A stretch of 64,000 bases of DNA from the NCBI GenBank assembly GCA_963845065.1, contig CAWJQQ010000008.1, forward strand, positions 535,970-599,969, in the 5' to 3' direction. This document shows positions 49,582-60,039 of the stretch, piece by piece (the stretch's first letter is position 1; each line of letters begins with the position of its first letter). The notes beneath the pieces are model-generated. The model was not told the origin of the DNA and ran no database searches. It saw nothing but the letters and a program-made list of their open reading frames with translations. This stretch comes from Nitrospirota bacterium. Lineage in GTDB: Bacteria; Nitrospirota; UBA9217. Both the position numbers and the translations under genes were made by a program.

Positions 49582-51768
49582 CTATGCTCGGTCAAGCATT
49601 TCCCTTGTCTTGCTCAACAGCTCTGAAGGCTTTACCGGCTTCGATAAAAACATCGTCCCCGTCGGCAACCCGTTCCGGGCGAATACTTCTCCCGCGTAGC
49701 CACTCATGAAAATGCAGCGGATCATTGGGTTGAGAGCGCTGATTTCCTGATATGCTTCTAGACCGTTCATCTTCGGCATGATGCCGTCAAGAATCGCAAG
49801 CTTGATTGCAGCACGGTTCTCGATGAACCGGGCAACCGCGTTATTCCCGTCCTCCGCCTCAATCACCGTGTAGCCCATGTCCCGGAGAACAGCCGACGTC
49901 ATATTGCGGAGACTCACGTCGTCCTCAGCGAGTAGGATTATTTCGTTTCCGCCCTTGAGTAGGACTGGATTTTGCCTATCAGGTTCAGGCACGGCATTCG
50001 TTGTGCTGGCCAAGGGGAAATAAACGTGAAAGACGCTCCCTTTGCCCGGTTCGGAATATACATTGATGAAGCCATCGTGCGCTTTTACGATTCCGTACAC
50101 CGTGGCCAGTCCGAGGCCAGTCCCTTTTCCTATTTCCTTGGTCGTAAAAAATGGCTCGAATATCCTCTTTTTGGTCTCCTCGCTTATTCCGATGCCCGTA
50201 TCGGCAACCGAAAGTGTGGCATAGTTTCCCGCTTTGCCGTAACCGTGGAACCGCATAAATGCCTCATCCATCGCAGTAATCTTGGTATCAATGGTTAATC
50301 TTCCCTTGTCCGGCATGGCATCCCTCGCGTTCGTTACAAGATTCATCACCACTTGCTCTATCTGTCCCCGGTCTGCCATGATAATGGGCTGCTCGGCCGA
50401 ATACTGGATCGTCATTTCGATGTCTTCGCGCAGCAGGCGGTGCAGGAATTTCTCGAAATTCCTGATCACTGTGTTAACTGTGATCAATTCTTTTTTCACA
50501 GGTTGTTTTCTGCTGAACGCGAGGAGGCTTTGCGTCAAAGCGGTTGCGCGTTCCGAAGATTGCATAATCTGATCAACATAGTGTCTTACAGGATCGTCGT
50601 CGCACAGTTTCATCTGGGAAAGGTGACCGTAGCCTATGATCGCGGACAGGATGTTGTTGAAATCATGCGCTATGCCGCCAGCGAGAGCACCGATGGACTC
50701 CATTTTCTGAGTTTGCTGCAGGTGCTCCTGAAGTTTTTTCTTTTCAGAAATGTCGCGGTAAAAGGACTGAATGAAAAGCTGGTCACCGATATTGATCGCC
50801 GTGGAGCTGATCTCGAAAGAAAGAAAGGACCCATCCTTTTTCTTATGCATTGTTTCGAAAACGAGAGATTCCCCTGCAATGATCCGATTACGTCGTTCCG
50901 TCACGGCGTCCCGGTTCGCTTCCAGCTCGAGTACTCCAGAGTCTGCACCTAAGAGATCCTCCTTCACGTATCCGTGGTTTTTGCAGGCCCGTTCGTTAAT
51001 ACTGACAATTACGCCGTGTTGATCAGTAACAACGATCCCATCGGTCGCATTCTCGGAAAGCGCCCTGTGCCATTGTTCGGATTTGACCAATTCCACTGTG
51101 CGCTCCTCAACAACGTCTTCAAGAACAGTTGTATAGTTCTCAAGCATCTTCTGTTCAGCGGCGAGGTCATACTGCAGGCTGAGTTCATTTATCATGCTCT
51201 TCTGGTTCAGAATCCTCAAGAGCAGTGATATTGCAAATGTGGATAGTATGAACATATTATTAGAAATGAACACGGGGACGTTTGTAATGGTATCAATGGC
51301 GAGGATCGGAATTATATAAATGGCGTAAATGATGATGGAGATACTAATAGCCAGGAACAGGCTGAAGGGGATAAAGCCAAGTGCCGCTAAGATGATCAGA
51401 TTCATTCCTGCGTAATAGCCCGACTGGTGAGCTCCGGTCCTCAGGATCATGAGTTCCACGATGATGGCTGACGTGAAAACGACGCCGGCTATGATATAGT
51501 TTTGATAAGTTTTACTTCGTTTGTATCTGTTACAAAAATAGAAAACGGCAAGGATGATCGTTACTGCGAGGCGATAACGGATAAATCGCCCGAAATTTTC
51601 GGGCGTTACGAAATAATCGCTTATGCAAAAGAGTGGAAAAAGAATCATGCCGAGGATGGTTATTTTGCCGATCCAAAATTGCAGTTTCTGGGATATCTGC
51701 TCATCCACATACTCATCTTTTTTCGTAAGTGCTTTCATGGTCATATCCTCAGTGACGGCATTGTTCAA
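49582..51768 (-). CDS. Hybrid histidine kinase (multi-TM, PAS, HisKA, HATPase, REC)
   Basis: AHDFNNIL, NARDAM, FEPFFTTK, GTGLGL, C-terminal receiver; start may be 51739. Confidence 0.92.
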   Translation of the reverse strand: MNNAVTEDMTMKALTKKDEYVDEQISQKLQFWIGKITILGMILFPLFCISDYFVTPENFGRFIRYRLAVTIILAVFYFCNRYKRSKTYQNYIIAGVVFTSAIIVELMILRTGAHQSGYYAGMNLIILAALGFIPFSLFLAISISIIIYAIYIIPILAIDTITNVPVFISNNMFILSTFAISLLLRILNQKSMINELSLQYDLAAEQKMLENYTTVLEDVVEERTVELVKSEQWHRALSENATDGIVVTDQHGVIVSINERACKNHGYVKEDLLGADSGVLELEANRDAVTERRNRIIAGESLVFETMHKKKDGSFLSFEISSTAINIGDQLFIQSFYRDISEKKKLQEHLQQTQKMESIGALAGGIAHDFNNILSAIIGYGHLSQMKLCDDDPVRHYVDQIMQSSERATALTQSLLAFSRKQPVKKELITVNTVIRNFEKFLHRLLREDIEMTIQYSAEQPIIMADRGQIEQVVMNLVTNARDAMPDKGRLTIDTKITAMDEAFMRFHGYGKAGNYATLSVADTGIGISEETKKRIFEPFFTTKEIGKGTGLGLATVYGIVKAHDGFINVYSEPGKGSVFHVYFPLASTTNAVPEPDRQNPVLLKGGNEIILLAEDDVSLRNMTSAVLRDMGYTVIEAEDGNNAVARFIENRAAIKLAILDGIMPKMNGLEAYQEISALNPMIRCIFMSGYAGEVFARNGLPTGTMFLSKPVKPSELLSKTREMLDRA

Positions 51769-51797
51769 TACTGCATAGATCTGGAGCAGGAGAAAGG

Positions 51798-51945
51798 CTA
51801 GCTGAGATCCAGCTGAAGAACTTTTTCAAGTTCCAAGGCGGTGAATCCGCAATGAAGCGTTATAACATCGATTTGTTCCTCCTCAAGCAGTTCTCTCGCG
51901 ATATCGAAAGGCAATTCATCATAGTCGTCTACCAATATCTTTTTC
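51798..51945 (-). pseudogene. Truncated receiver-domain relic
   Basis: KKILVDDYDELPFDIARELLEEEQIDVITL... aligns with the N-terminus of the neighbouring regulator (KKILVIDDDDLHLYTTKELLQDDHIEVVT); no in-frame start. Confidence 0.6.
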
Positions 51946-52049
51946 CCGCATCATACAACACGGTGGCTCTTTGCCGCAGCGAAGTATTCGACCTTAACGA
52001 AACACCCCTCCTCGACACGAGGGCGTCAGCTAGCCAAGGGGTTCAGTTG

Positions 52050-52457
52050 TTAATGAATGGTACTGTCTGGCAGATTAAGATACTGCGTGACCTTGCTTCG
52101 CAGGCTTGCGATGTCGCCTTTACAGATATATCCCCGTACACCGTGGGCTGCAACGCTTTCCCGCAGGCTGTCCTCATCGTTAGATGAGAGGAATACGATG
52201 TGAATATTGTTGTCATTGCAGTAGTCGCGAATAACCTGCACCAGCCTGTCACCGGCAAGCGCTGGCATGTTGATATCAAGCAGGACAAGGTGCGGCTTCA
52301 GTGTTTTTATGACATTTGTCACCCCAAACGCGTTTTTGTGCGTCACAACTTCGATGTGGTCGTCCTGGAGCAGTTCTTTTGTTGTGTACAGATGCAAATC
52401 GTCGTCATCGATGACTAGTATTTTCTTTTTTTCACTCTGTAGCATATAATCCTCCAC
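52050..52457 (-). CDS. Single-domain response regulator
   Basis: IDDD, LLDINMP, LSS, YICK. Confidence 0.9.
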   Translation of the reverse strand: MEDYMLQSEKKKILVIDDDDLHLYTTKELLQDDHIEVVTHKNAFGVTNVIKTLKPHLVLLDINMPALAGDRLVQVIRDYCNDNNIHIVFLSSNDEDSLRESVAAHGVRGYICKGDIASLRSKVTQYLNLPDSTIH

Positions 52458-53652
52458 GTTCTACATTTAGTATCGGGAAGGAAACGGTAAATGTCGTCCC
52501 TTCGCCGTAGATGCTCTCCAAACCATAGATACTCTTCACCGAGATGGAGCCGCCAATGAGTTCGGCAAGATTTTTGCTGATGGTAAGCCCAAGGCCCGTC
52601 CCTTCATGGGTTTTGGTTTTGGCGTCCTCAATCTGGCTGAATGCTACAAACAGCTTCTCCCTATGCTCTTCACTTATGCCGGGGCCGGTATCTTTGACCG
52701 AGATTTCGATCCCGCTGCCGATGATGGCGAGCGTGATGGTGATTTCTCCGCGCTCAGTGAACTTTGCGGCATTGCTCGCGAGGTTCATGACAATCTGGCG
52801 CAGTTTTATGGGGTCTGTTGTTACCATGACCGGCATTACCGGCGACATGACCTTGACATTCACGGGTTTGTTCCCGACGAGCACCCGCGTCGTCTCCGCG
52901 ATATCGGCAATAAGCGCCGAGGCGTCGAAACGCAGCCGGGCCACTTCCATCTTACCTGCTTCGATCTTCGACAGATCGAGGATATTCGTGATCACCGTGC
53001 GGAGGTTCGTTGCGCTTGAGATCATGAATGAGAGCCGCTCCTTTATCTGTTCTATCGAGCCCTTGTTCGCCGCCATCCGAAGCAGTTCGGCGAGCCCGAT
53101 AATTGCGTTCACCGGAGACCTGAGCTCGTGGGTAACATTGGCAAGAAACTCGGACTTCACCCGGTTTATCTTTTCAAGCTCCTGCGCCCGAGCGCTGGCC
53201 ATTTCTTTCTGAAGTATATTGCTTGCCAGAGCGTTGCTTTGCTGGATCACTAGTTGCTTTACCGACAGGAGGCCCCGGTAGGCGCCCCTGGGGGAAGTCA
53301 CAATGATTTCATCATAGATGTCCTGCGGTGGCCGCTCCAAGGCTTTATCGATTACCATGTCGAGCCGCTCGTCCTCGGGCACGATGAGAGGAGTAGTGTC
53401 AGCTATGGCGATGACAGGGTATTTTCCATAGAGCTCGAAGCCGAATCTCCGAAACAGCGTAAATAACAGTTTCGTCCTCGTGACGAGGCCAACAGGCTCT
53501 TTCTCCTCAACCACGGCGATTGCGTCCAGTTCGGTCGTACTGAAAAACCGCTCGGCCACTTTGTTTACCACGGTCTGAGGCGTAACCAGATCGTTGGAAA
53601 TGATGAGTTCACCGACGGGAAGCACATTTTTTTGAGCGTTCTTCGTCTGCAT
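52432..53652 (-). CDS. Cytoplasmic histidine kinase with N-terminal CBS pair
   Basis: CBS-like (IAVVE..PVGLVTR; IIVT..G.YRGLLS), THELRSP, NAAKFT, GTGLGL; no TM segment. Confidence 0.85.
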   Translation of the reverse strand: MQTKNAQKNVLPVGELIISNDLVTPQTVVNKVAERFFSTTELDAIAVVEEKEPVGLVTRTKLLFTLFRRFGFELYGKYPVIAIADTTPLIVPEDERLDMVIDKALERPPQDIYDEIIVTSPRGAYRGLLSVKQLVIQQSNALASNILQKEMASARAQELEKINRVKSEFLANVTHELRSPVNAIIGLAELLRMAANKGSIEQIKERLSFMISSATNLRTVITNILDLSKIEAGKMEVARLRFDASALIADIAETTRVLVGNKPVNVKVMSPVMPVMVTTDPIKLRQIVMNLASNAAKFTERGEITITLAIIGSGIEISVKDTGPGISEEHREKLFVAFSQIEDAKTKTHEGTGLGLTISKNLAELIGGSISVKSIYGLESIYGEGTTFTVSFPILNVERGGLYATE

Positions 53653-54169
53653 TCAACCTCCATATGTTCTTTATTCGTATGCTCTTTTTTCAATGTCCTT
53701 ATTATATTCGTCCACTTGAAGCGTTCACCATAAGCTGTCCTATATGCGTTGTTACAGCGTACATAATACCAGTATTATATTACTTTAGTATTACAGCAAA
53801 GTTACAATACAGTTAAATCTTTTTATGCAAGTTATTACTTGTTTTTGAGTTGGTGGTTATCTTTTCCGTCTGATTAACTTCCTAGGGAACCGCTTTCGCG
53901 AAGAAACATGAAAGTCACAATGCCAAGTCTAGTGTCTTCAATGCTTTCGGATACCCTCAAGCATTATAAAATAGATTTTAATGGAGTCACCACCATTGTG
54001 CATAAACACGTAAAAGCTGATCTGACCCTCTTGTGAAAAATTGAAAAAAAGTGCAAAAGTAAAAAAAGCTATCGTGTCCTTGTGAGGCGAAAACCAAGCA
54101 AGTTACTCATGTAGTCAGGGGGAAGTCGTAGCGATTGGTCGTGCGAATAAACTTCGAATAGTCGCACCA

Positions 54170-54860
54170 GCTGCCACCACGGAATCGATCCACATTCAAG
54201 TAATAGTTATTTGGGGATCATCGATGAAACCGGCAAGATAGTATTCAAGAGGGAACTGCCTAATGATCCAGAGATGATCCTCGCTACCCTTGTACCGTAC
54301 AAGAATGACATCATTGGCATCGTCGTTGAGTCTACTTACCATTAGTACTGGCCGGTCGATCTCCTCATGGCGGAGGGATATATGCTGCATCTTGCCAATC
54401 CAACTGCAATACAGAAATACTCAGGATTGAAATACTCTGATGACCAGCATGATGCATTTTGGCTGGCGGAAATGTTGCGGCTCGGCATTCTACCGGTAGG
54501 CTATATCTATCAGAAGGAGGACCGGCCGATTCGGGATCTGCTCCGAAAGCGAAGCCACTTAGTGAGGCTCCGAACCTCGCTTGTAATCAGCCTTCAGAAT
54601 ATCATCAACCGAAATATCGGATACAAGTTCAGGGGAAGCAAGATGATGGCATCGACCACAGATCACGTTGCCCCGCTTCTTTCGTTCAATGAGGACCTGG
54701 CCTTGGCGGGCAAGGTCAGTAAAGATTCGATAGATTTTCTCACGCTCCAGATCAAGGCTCTTGAAGCCACGGTAGGGGGAAAAGCAGAACTTCGGGAACC
54801 ATATGCAAAGCTGATTACGATCCAGGGGGTCGGCAAAATCTTGGGATTGACCATCCTTAC
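54170..54860 (+). pseudogene. IS110-family transposase relic
   Basis: GIDPH..., VVEST, KYSDD..DA.WLA, L.TI.GVG; in-frame TAG at 54343-54345; C-terminal domain missing. Confidence 0.85.
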
Positions 54861-55200
54861 TGACCATGCTGTGAGCCACTATATGCTGGTTAACAACCAT
54901 AAGACTTGAACAATACATCTGAACACCGCATGGAACCGAAGATTTTCCGGTCCGCCACAAGGCGGAAAGGGTCACTGGAAATAGCGCTTCACCACTGACC
55001 TTAATCCTGATGGGTGCATGTTGCAGTGAAGACTGACATCGAAAACTCATGAAACTACGGCAATGGTAGGGATGATGGTAGCTTAAAAAAAACATCGACG
55101 AGAATATTACATTTTCTCGTCAACGAGATAGTTTTTTCTCTTGACAGGTGCCCTTTAAAATGGGTGCATGACAGCGTAAGCGCTTGCCGTCTCCGAGCTA

Positions 55201-55584
55201 CTACGCCGCCTGGGCAATTATTGCTTCCACGACTTGAAATGGTTTCTCTACCAATCCGTGCCTCTTCATCAGGTACTCCGGACTGTTATAACTGATCCAT
55301 ACACGTCCTGTCTCGTCTTCCCATACGAGTGCCTTCAGTGGCAGATCGATTGCAAGTGAGGGGTACTTTTGCATCAAAGGCGTTCCCGCCTTGGGATTGC
55401 CAAATATGAGCAATACCATCGGTTTCATATCGAGCCCGACAGCGTTCGCTGCCGCACGCTGATCGATTCGTGCAAATACTGTCATCCCTCGTGACTCGAT
55501 AATGCCAGCCAGCTGTTGCGCTGTCTCAGTGACTCTGCTCCTGCTGGGAACGCTGACGATCCCTTGTTCTTGCAACGTAGTCAT
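55201..55584 (-). CDS. DUF302 domain protein
   Basis: VFARID..A, LIFGNPKAGTPLM, DLPLKALVWED. Confidence 0.88.
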   Translation of the reverse strand: MTTLQEQGIVSVPSRSRVTETAQQLAGIIESRGMTVFARIDQRAAANAVGLDMKPMVLLIFGNPKAGTPLMQKYPSLAIDLPLKALVWEDETGRVWISYNSPEYLMKRHGLVEKPFQVVEAIIAQAA

Positions 55585-55738
55585 GTTCTTAATCCTCCCT
55601 TGCGATTGTATGTCGTCCCCCGCTCGATTTTCCGGTTTGCTCGTGGTTTGGTCACTTGCATTACTTCCGAATACGCGGTCATCTCTTGAGAATTGGTGGC
55701 AGGATTCTGACGAACGGCGGCGAACGACTCGGTTCATT

Positions 55739-56044
55739 TTACCGGCGGATAATTATCAGCACTCCTGCAATCAACGCAATTACTTCTAGCACGGCATGGC
55801 TTCCGCGGAAGTGGATGTTGAGAAGCGGAACAAGGCCCATGAGAACAAGCCATAACCCGAGAACGAAGTCCGGGATGTGGGTTGAAAACTTCTCGCTTCG
55901 GTCCGCCAGTATCAGAAGCGCGCCCGCCACGACGGCCACGAGGGCAAGCACCGTTGAGCTTGCACTGAAGTTAAAATCGGTCAGAGCGATAAGCGCTGTT
56001 AATATCAGCCATACGCCAAGCAGTACATTAGCAAGTTTTTTCAT
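55739..56044 (-). CDS. Small membrane protein with internal duplication
   Basis: LG(V/L)WL.L and A..AG.L.. each occur twice. Confidence 0.7.
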   Translation of the reverse strand: MKKLANVLLGVWLILTALIALTDFNFSASSTVLALVAVVAGALLILADRSEKFSTHIPDFVLGLWLVLMGLVPLLNIHFRGSHAVLEVIALIAGVLIIIRR

Positions 56045-56481
56045 TTTAATGCCCTCCCAAACAGGGATTACTAAAATAACCTAACTGGTTCAGTACCAAA
56101 TAAGGTGCCTTTATTCACTGCTTTAATTATACAGAAAAAATAATGGGATGTTTCGATGAGAGGTGTGAAATACTAGTACTTTACTCAGCGGGTAAAGTTT
56201 ATTTGACCTGTTTCCCTTGCGGCTATAAGTAGTTTAGGAAGTTTATAATCAACAAACTCAATGCGTGTTATGCAATCGGTATCACTAGACCACTGTTGAA
56301 TAATACATGGGGGGGTCTGTATCGCCTACTTCAATCGCGATTTTGAACATCTTCAAAAATTATATTTTTCTCTTCTCCACCTAAAAGGTTGCTCTGACAG
56401 TTTGCTAAAGTCAGTGTGATATTCAAGTTGAACAATGTGCCGCGCATTCCCCCTGCTAGGCGATGGAGCGCCAGGAGAGGG

Positions 56482-56922
56482 TCAAGCGGGACAGTTTATT
56501 TTTTGTGACCTTTCTTTAGTCGATTGTTGCTCGACATACCGTTGGATAGTTTCAAGAGAAACCTCACCCACGCTGCCAACATAGTAAGCTCGATGCCAAA
56601 AAACATCCTTCCAGTAAAAATTCTTTATGTGCTCTAAAAATCTACCTCGCAGACGACGAGAACTTGCGGTTTTTAGATTATTAATCAGGACCGAGATATT
56701 TAACGAAGGATGAACATCAATAAGGAGATGTACATGGTCATCTGTCCCACCAAATTCTATTAAAGAGCACCTCCATTTCGAAAGGTTCTCAGAAAATGCT
56801 TTTTTAGCGTATAACAACATCTCTTCTGTTAATACCTTTCTCCTATACTTAGTTACAAATACTATGTGTAACTTAATAGAATAAACTGCATGAGATAATG
56901 ATATATTTTGTATATTTTCCAT
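56482..56922 (-). CDS. tnpA: IS200/IS605 Y1 transposase
   Basis: HIVFVTKYRR, DHVH (HUH), FW...YY, RYVEQQ. Confidence 0.93.
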   Translation of the reverse strand: MENIQNISLSHAVYSIKLHIVFVTKYRRKVLTEEMLLYAKKAFSENLSKWRCSLIEFGGTDDHVHLLIDVHPSLNISVLINNLKTASSRRLRGRFLEHIKNFYWKDVFWHRAYYVGSVGEVSLETIQRYVEQQSTKERSQKINCPA

Positions 56923-56945
56923 GTTACCTATGCTATAATAATAAC

Positions 56946-58397
56946 ATGAGTTTGTCAAGCGGCATTAAATTCCGTGCTTACCCCACGGAACTACAGCAGG
57001 AGGAACTTTCTAAATGGATAGGGTGCCAGCGATTTATCTATAACGCCAAAGTTACGGAGAATCGATATTTTTGCACATTCAGAAGACATGCTCTTTCATT
57101 GACGGGATACCCGGTCCCCTCAGATCAGCAATACTCTCAATTTAAGGATAAGACGCTTACCCCTTTTTTGTATGAGGTGCCTTCCCAAGTGCTTCGCAAT
57201 GGATCTGTACGCTTTATGGGAGCACAGCAGCGGTTTTTTAAGGGGTTAGCACAACGTCCGAATGTCAAAAAGAAGAATGGGCGGCAAACTGTATGGTTAA
57301 CCAATGAGTTATTTTGGTTTGAGCCCACAGGTAAGACCCAAAATAAGAACGCGCAGACAATTTATGAACACAGGTTAATGATTGGCACCAAAAAACACCC
57401 GCTAGGGGAACTATGTTTCAAGGCTCACAGAGAATACGATTTGCCAGCGACTATCGTAATTACCCGGCACGCTGGTAGGTGGTTTGTGTCATTTTCCTAT
57501 GAGATTCAGGACCTCGGTTTGTCCGAAGAAGAGCTGATTGCTCATTACTCCGCTATGTCTGTAGACCACCTCGATAAAATAACTATGGGCAGCGATCTCG
57601 GAGTAGTGGTCAACGTAGCTTTAAGTGACGGCACCAGGCATGACTTTATCGAGGGACAAAAGAAAAATCTTCTTAAAAAGGAATGGCGTCGAAAGCGTTA
57701 TCAAAAGCAGATGTCACGCTGCACGAAAAAATCCGGGCGCTGGAAAAAGAAGGTCGAGAAAGTAGCACGCTGCCACCAGCATGCTGCTCATGTTCGAGAA
57801 GATTTCGCCCATAAGACAAGCAGAACAATTGTTGATTCCGATGCTGAAATATTCGTATTCGAGGACCTTAAAACCAGGAATATGACGAAGGCGCCAAAAC
57901 CCAATAAATCGGCTAACGGCAAGTATCTGCCAAACGGCGCCGCGGCAAAGGCCGGGCTCAATAGGGCCATTCTAGAATCAGCCTGGGGGAAAATAAAGCA
58001 GTTTGTCTCATACAAAGCAAGGAGGGCCAATAAGCTTGTAATAATGGTACCACCGCAGGGCACATCGCAGGAGTGTTCGAAGTGTTCGCACACTCACCCG
58101 GACAATCGCCGCTCTCAGGCATTGTTCGTATGCCAACAATGCGGCTTTACTGGAAACGCAGACATCAACGCTGCTAACATTATTAAAAAGAGAGGGATCA
58201 AACTGTTAGTAGAGGGAGAAATTTTAGTAAAGCAGACAAAGCGTGCTATGCGGTTAAGAAAAAAGAAACACCTAGGGCCGGAACAGCCCGAAGTAACGCG
58301 CGGGGAGATGGAATTAGACGAGTTGCGGACCACTGTCTGCAGCGCGCATCCGTCATCGAATCGTGAAACCCCCACTACAATCGCGCAAACGGTTTAG
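56946..58397 (+). CDS. tnpB: RNA-guided endonuclease TnpB
   Basis: FRAYPT..Q HTH, GSDLG, FEDL, CSKC..CQQC, NADINAA; RuvC D-E-D intact. Confidence 0.92.
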   Translation: MSLSSGIKFRAYPTELQQEELSKWIGCQRFIYNAKVTENRYFCTFRRHALSLTGYPVPSDQQYSQFKDKTLTPFLYEVPSQVLRNGSVRFMGAQQRFFKGLAQRPNVKKKNGRQTVWLTNELFWFEPTGKTQNKNAQTIYEHRLMIGTKKHPLGELCFKAHREYDLPATIVITRHAGRWFVSFSYEIQDLGLSEEELIAHYSAMSVDHLDKITMGSDLGVVVNVALSDGTRHDFIEGQKKNLLKKEWRRKRYQKQMSRCTKKSGRWKKKVEKVARCHQHAAHVREDFAHKTSRTIVDSDAEIFVFEDLKTRNMTKAPKPNKSANGKYLPNGAAAKAGLNRAILESAWGKIKQFVSYKARRANKLVIMVPPQGTSQECSKCSHTHPDNRRSQALFVCQQCGFTGNADINAANIIKKRGIKLLVEGEILVKQTKRAMRLRKKKHLGPEQPEVTRGEMELDELRTTVCSAHPSSNRETPTTIAQTV

Positions 58398-59110
58398 TGG
58401 CGGGAGAGTTCATGGAAGAGGAATTCGGATATGCCGGGAAGCCGACCGGAACAGACGGTAGGGATGCTCGCCATGGAGATACGATGTTTCTCCCTGTGCA
58501 CGGGCATTCCGGAGGGCGCCGCATGCGGAAAATGCACCTGTCGTTCACACGCGACCTTCGGGTCAGCCACCCCAAGGGGTCCTCTCCCCGTCCAACCAAA
58601 CCAAGGACTAAGAGTATCCCCAAAATGCTTTTTTCTTTTGCAGGACTCAAACAGGACACCAAGAGGAAGGTTTCCAGGTTGTTCGAGGGCTTCAATCTTA
58701 AGCTGGCAGTTCCCCGATCTCCATCATGCTTATCAAGGGTTCTGTGACCGGGGAGAGGCAGCCGCTCTTATGTATTCAAGTTGCAAAAACCCTGCACGAA
58801 CAGCCTGTGAAAAAAGAGCTTGTTCCGGAATCTGGACCGGACCATGCGGGGGTACGACCCTATCCCGCGAACTTTTGTCGGTTCAGCACATTTCTCGTTC
58901 ATGACCGACATCCCTCGACCAGGCCATGGGCAGTGTCATCACAGGGGCCGGATGCGATTCCCCGACGTACCTGGCACCGCTCTGGAAGCTGACCTGGCCG
59001 TCCGCACTAACGGGGAAGAGAAAGGCAAACGGCCCATCCTCGGTCGGCATCCCTCAGAATGATGAGGACCGCGTGGATATCCTCGATGCAAGCTTCTTCT
59101 TTAAAGCACA

Positions 59111-59527
59111 TCAGCTACCGAGAATCTGTTTCTTCACCGCGCTCAACGCCTCACCCAGTTTGCCTGCCTCCGGAAGATTCCCGTTCGGCGTCAACTTGTC
59201 AATCAGCTGAGGAAGCAATTGGGATAGATGCTGCGAAACTGCGTCTTTCGATATGCCCACCTTCTCGGCGATCTGCGCTATCTTATCGGCCCCAAGCGCA
59301 TTCTTGATCTGATCGGGAGAAATGGGCAAGTTCGCTCCTGTGCCGACCCAGGAGTTGATCACCTCGCCCAATCCTTTGCTCTTGAATGTTTCCACAAGCC
59401 CGGCAATTCCTCCCGTCGCCGGATTATTGATGAGGCTCATGGCGTGGTCAAACACACTGTTCAGCTGGCTGCCGCTGCCGCCCAGCTTTGACATAATTCC
59501 CTCTTTCAGTTGATCAAGTAAACCCAT
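59111..59527 (-). CDS. YidB (DUF937)-family protein
   Basis: GG..GLV..F...GLG..INSWVGTG.NLPIS; LP..IDKLTPNG. Confidence 0.88.
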   Translation of the reverse strand: MGLLDQLKEGIMSKLGGSGSQLNSVFDHAMSLINNPATGGIAGLVETFKSKGLGEVINSWVGTGANLPISPDQIKNALGADKIAQIAEKVGISKDAVSQHLSQLLPQLIDKLTPNGNLPEAGKLGEALSAVKKQILGS

Positions 59528-59637
59528 GGTATCCTCCTTTTCCTTAGGTTCCTGGATGATCAGATTGTCCAGCCCGATCATATCGAATCGGAAACAGGAA
59601 AAAATCCTGTAACAGTACTCTGATAGACAGGATGAAG

Positions 59638-59670
59638 CATTCTCCGGCGACTGGGTGTCGCCGGAGAATG
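59638..59670. terminator. Perfect 14-bp stem-loop
   Basis: CATTCTCCGGCGAC-TGGGT-GTCGCCGGAGAATG downstream of the 59689-59967 gene. Confidence 0.6.
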
Positions 59671-59688
59671 TGTCGAATCATCTCGTTC

Positions 59689-59967
59689 CTACTTTGACTT
59701 GCCTTTCATCTTTCCTTCCTTGACTTCAATGCTCGCCGCTCTCATCTCGTACTCGATTGTTACCTTGGAACCAACTTTCAGGTCGCCAGTAACCTTGGTG
59801 TTGGCATCGCGTCCAATCTCCCACTTGTCTTTGCCTTTTTGCACGGTGATCTTGTCGTTCGTTAATTCCAGGACCGGCCCTGTTACCTGATACGTCCTCA
59901 TCATGCCTGCAAACGCCAGAGAGACTACAAATAGAAATGCCACGACTGCAATCAAAAGACCCTTCAT
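59689..59967 (-). CDS. Small secreted OB-fold-like protein
   Basis: Signal peptide AFA; YQVTGPV..., LKVGSKVTIEY; RBS AAGGAGG. Confidence 0.75.
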   Translation of the reverse strand: MKGLLIAVVAFLFVVSLAFAGMMRTYQVTGPVLELTNDKITVQKGKDKWEIGRDANTKVTGDLKVGSKVTIEYEMRAASIEVKEGKMKGKSK

Positions 59968-60039
59968 ACCATAACCCTCCTTTAGAGTAGAGATATCCTC
60001 ACGTCCCTGAGAACATGAGGACTTACATGCCCCTGTACC

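Larger units (their letters stand above)
56433..58413 (+). mobile_element. IS200/IS605-family element with divergent tnpA/tnpB
   Basis: Left hairpin region ~56445-56490 (boundary approximate); right end GAAACCCCCACTA...TAGTGGCGGGAGAGTTCAT. Confidence 0.75.

Noticed and set aside
58414..59100. Several overlapping ORFs downstream of tnpB
   Set aside because: No recognisable motifs, RBS or consistent frame; the 58397 ORF starts inside the IS end
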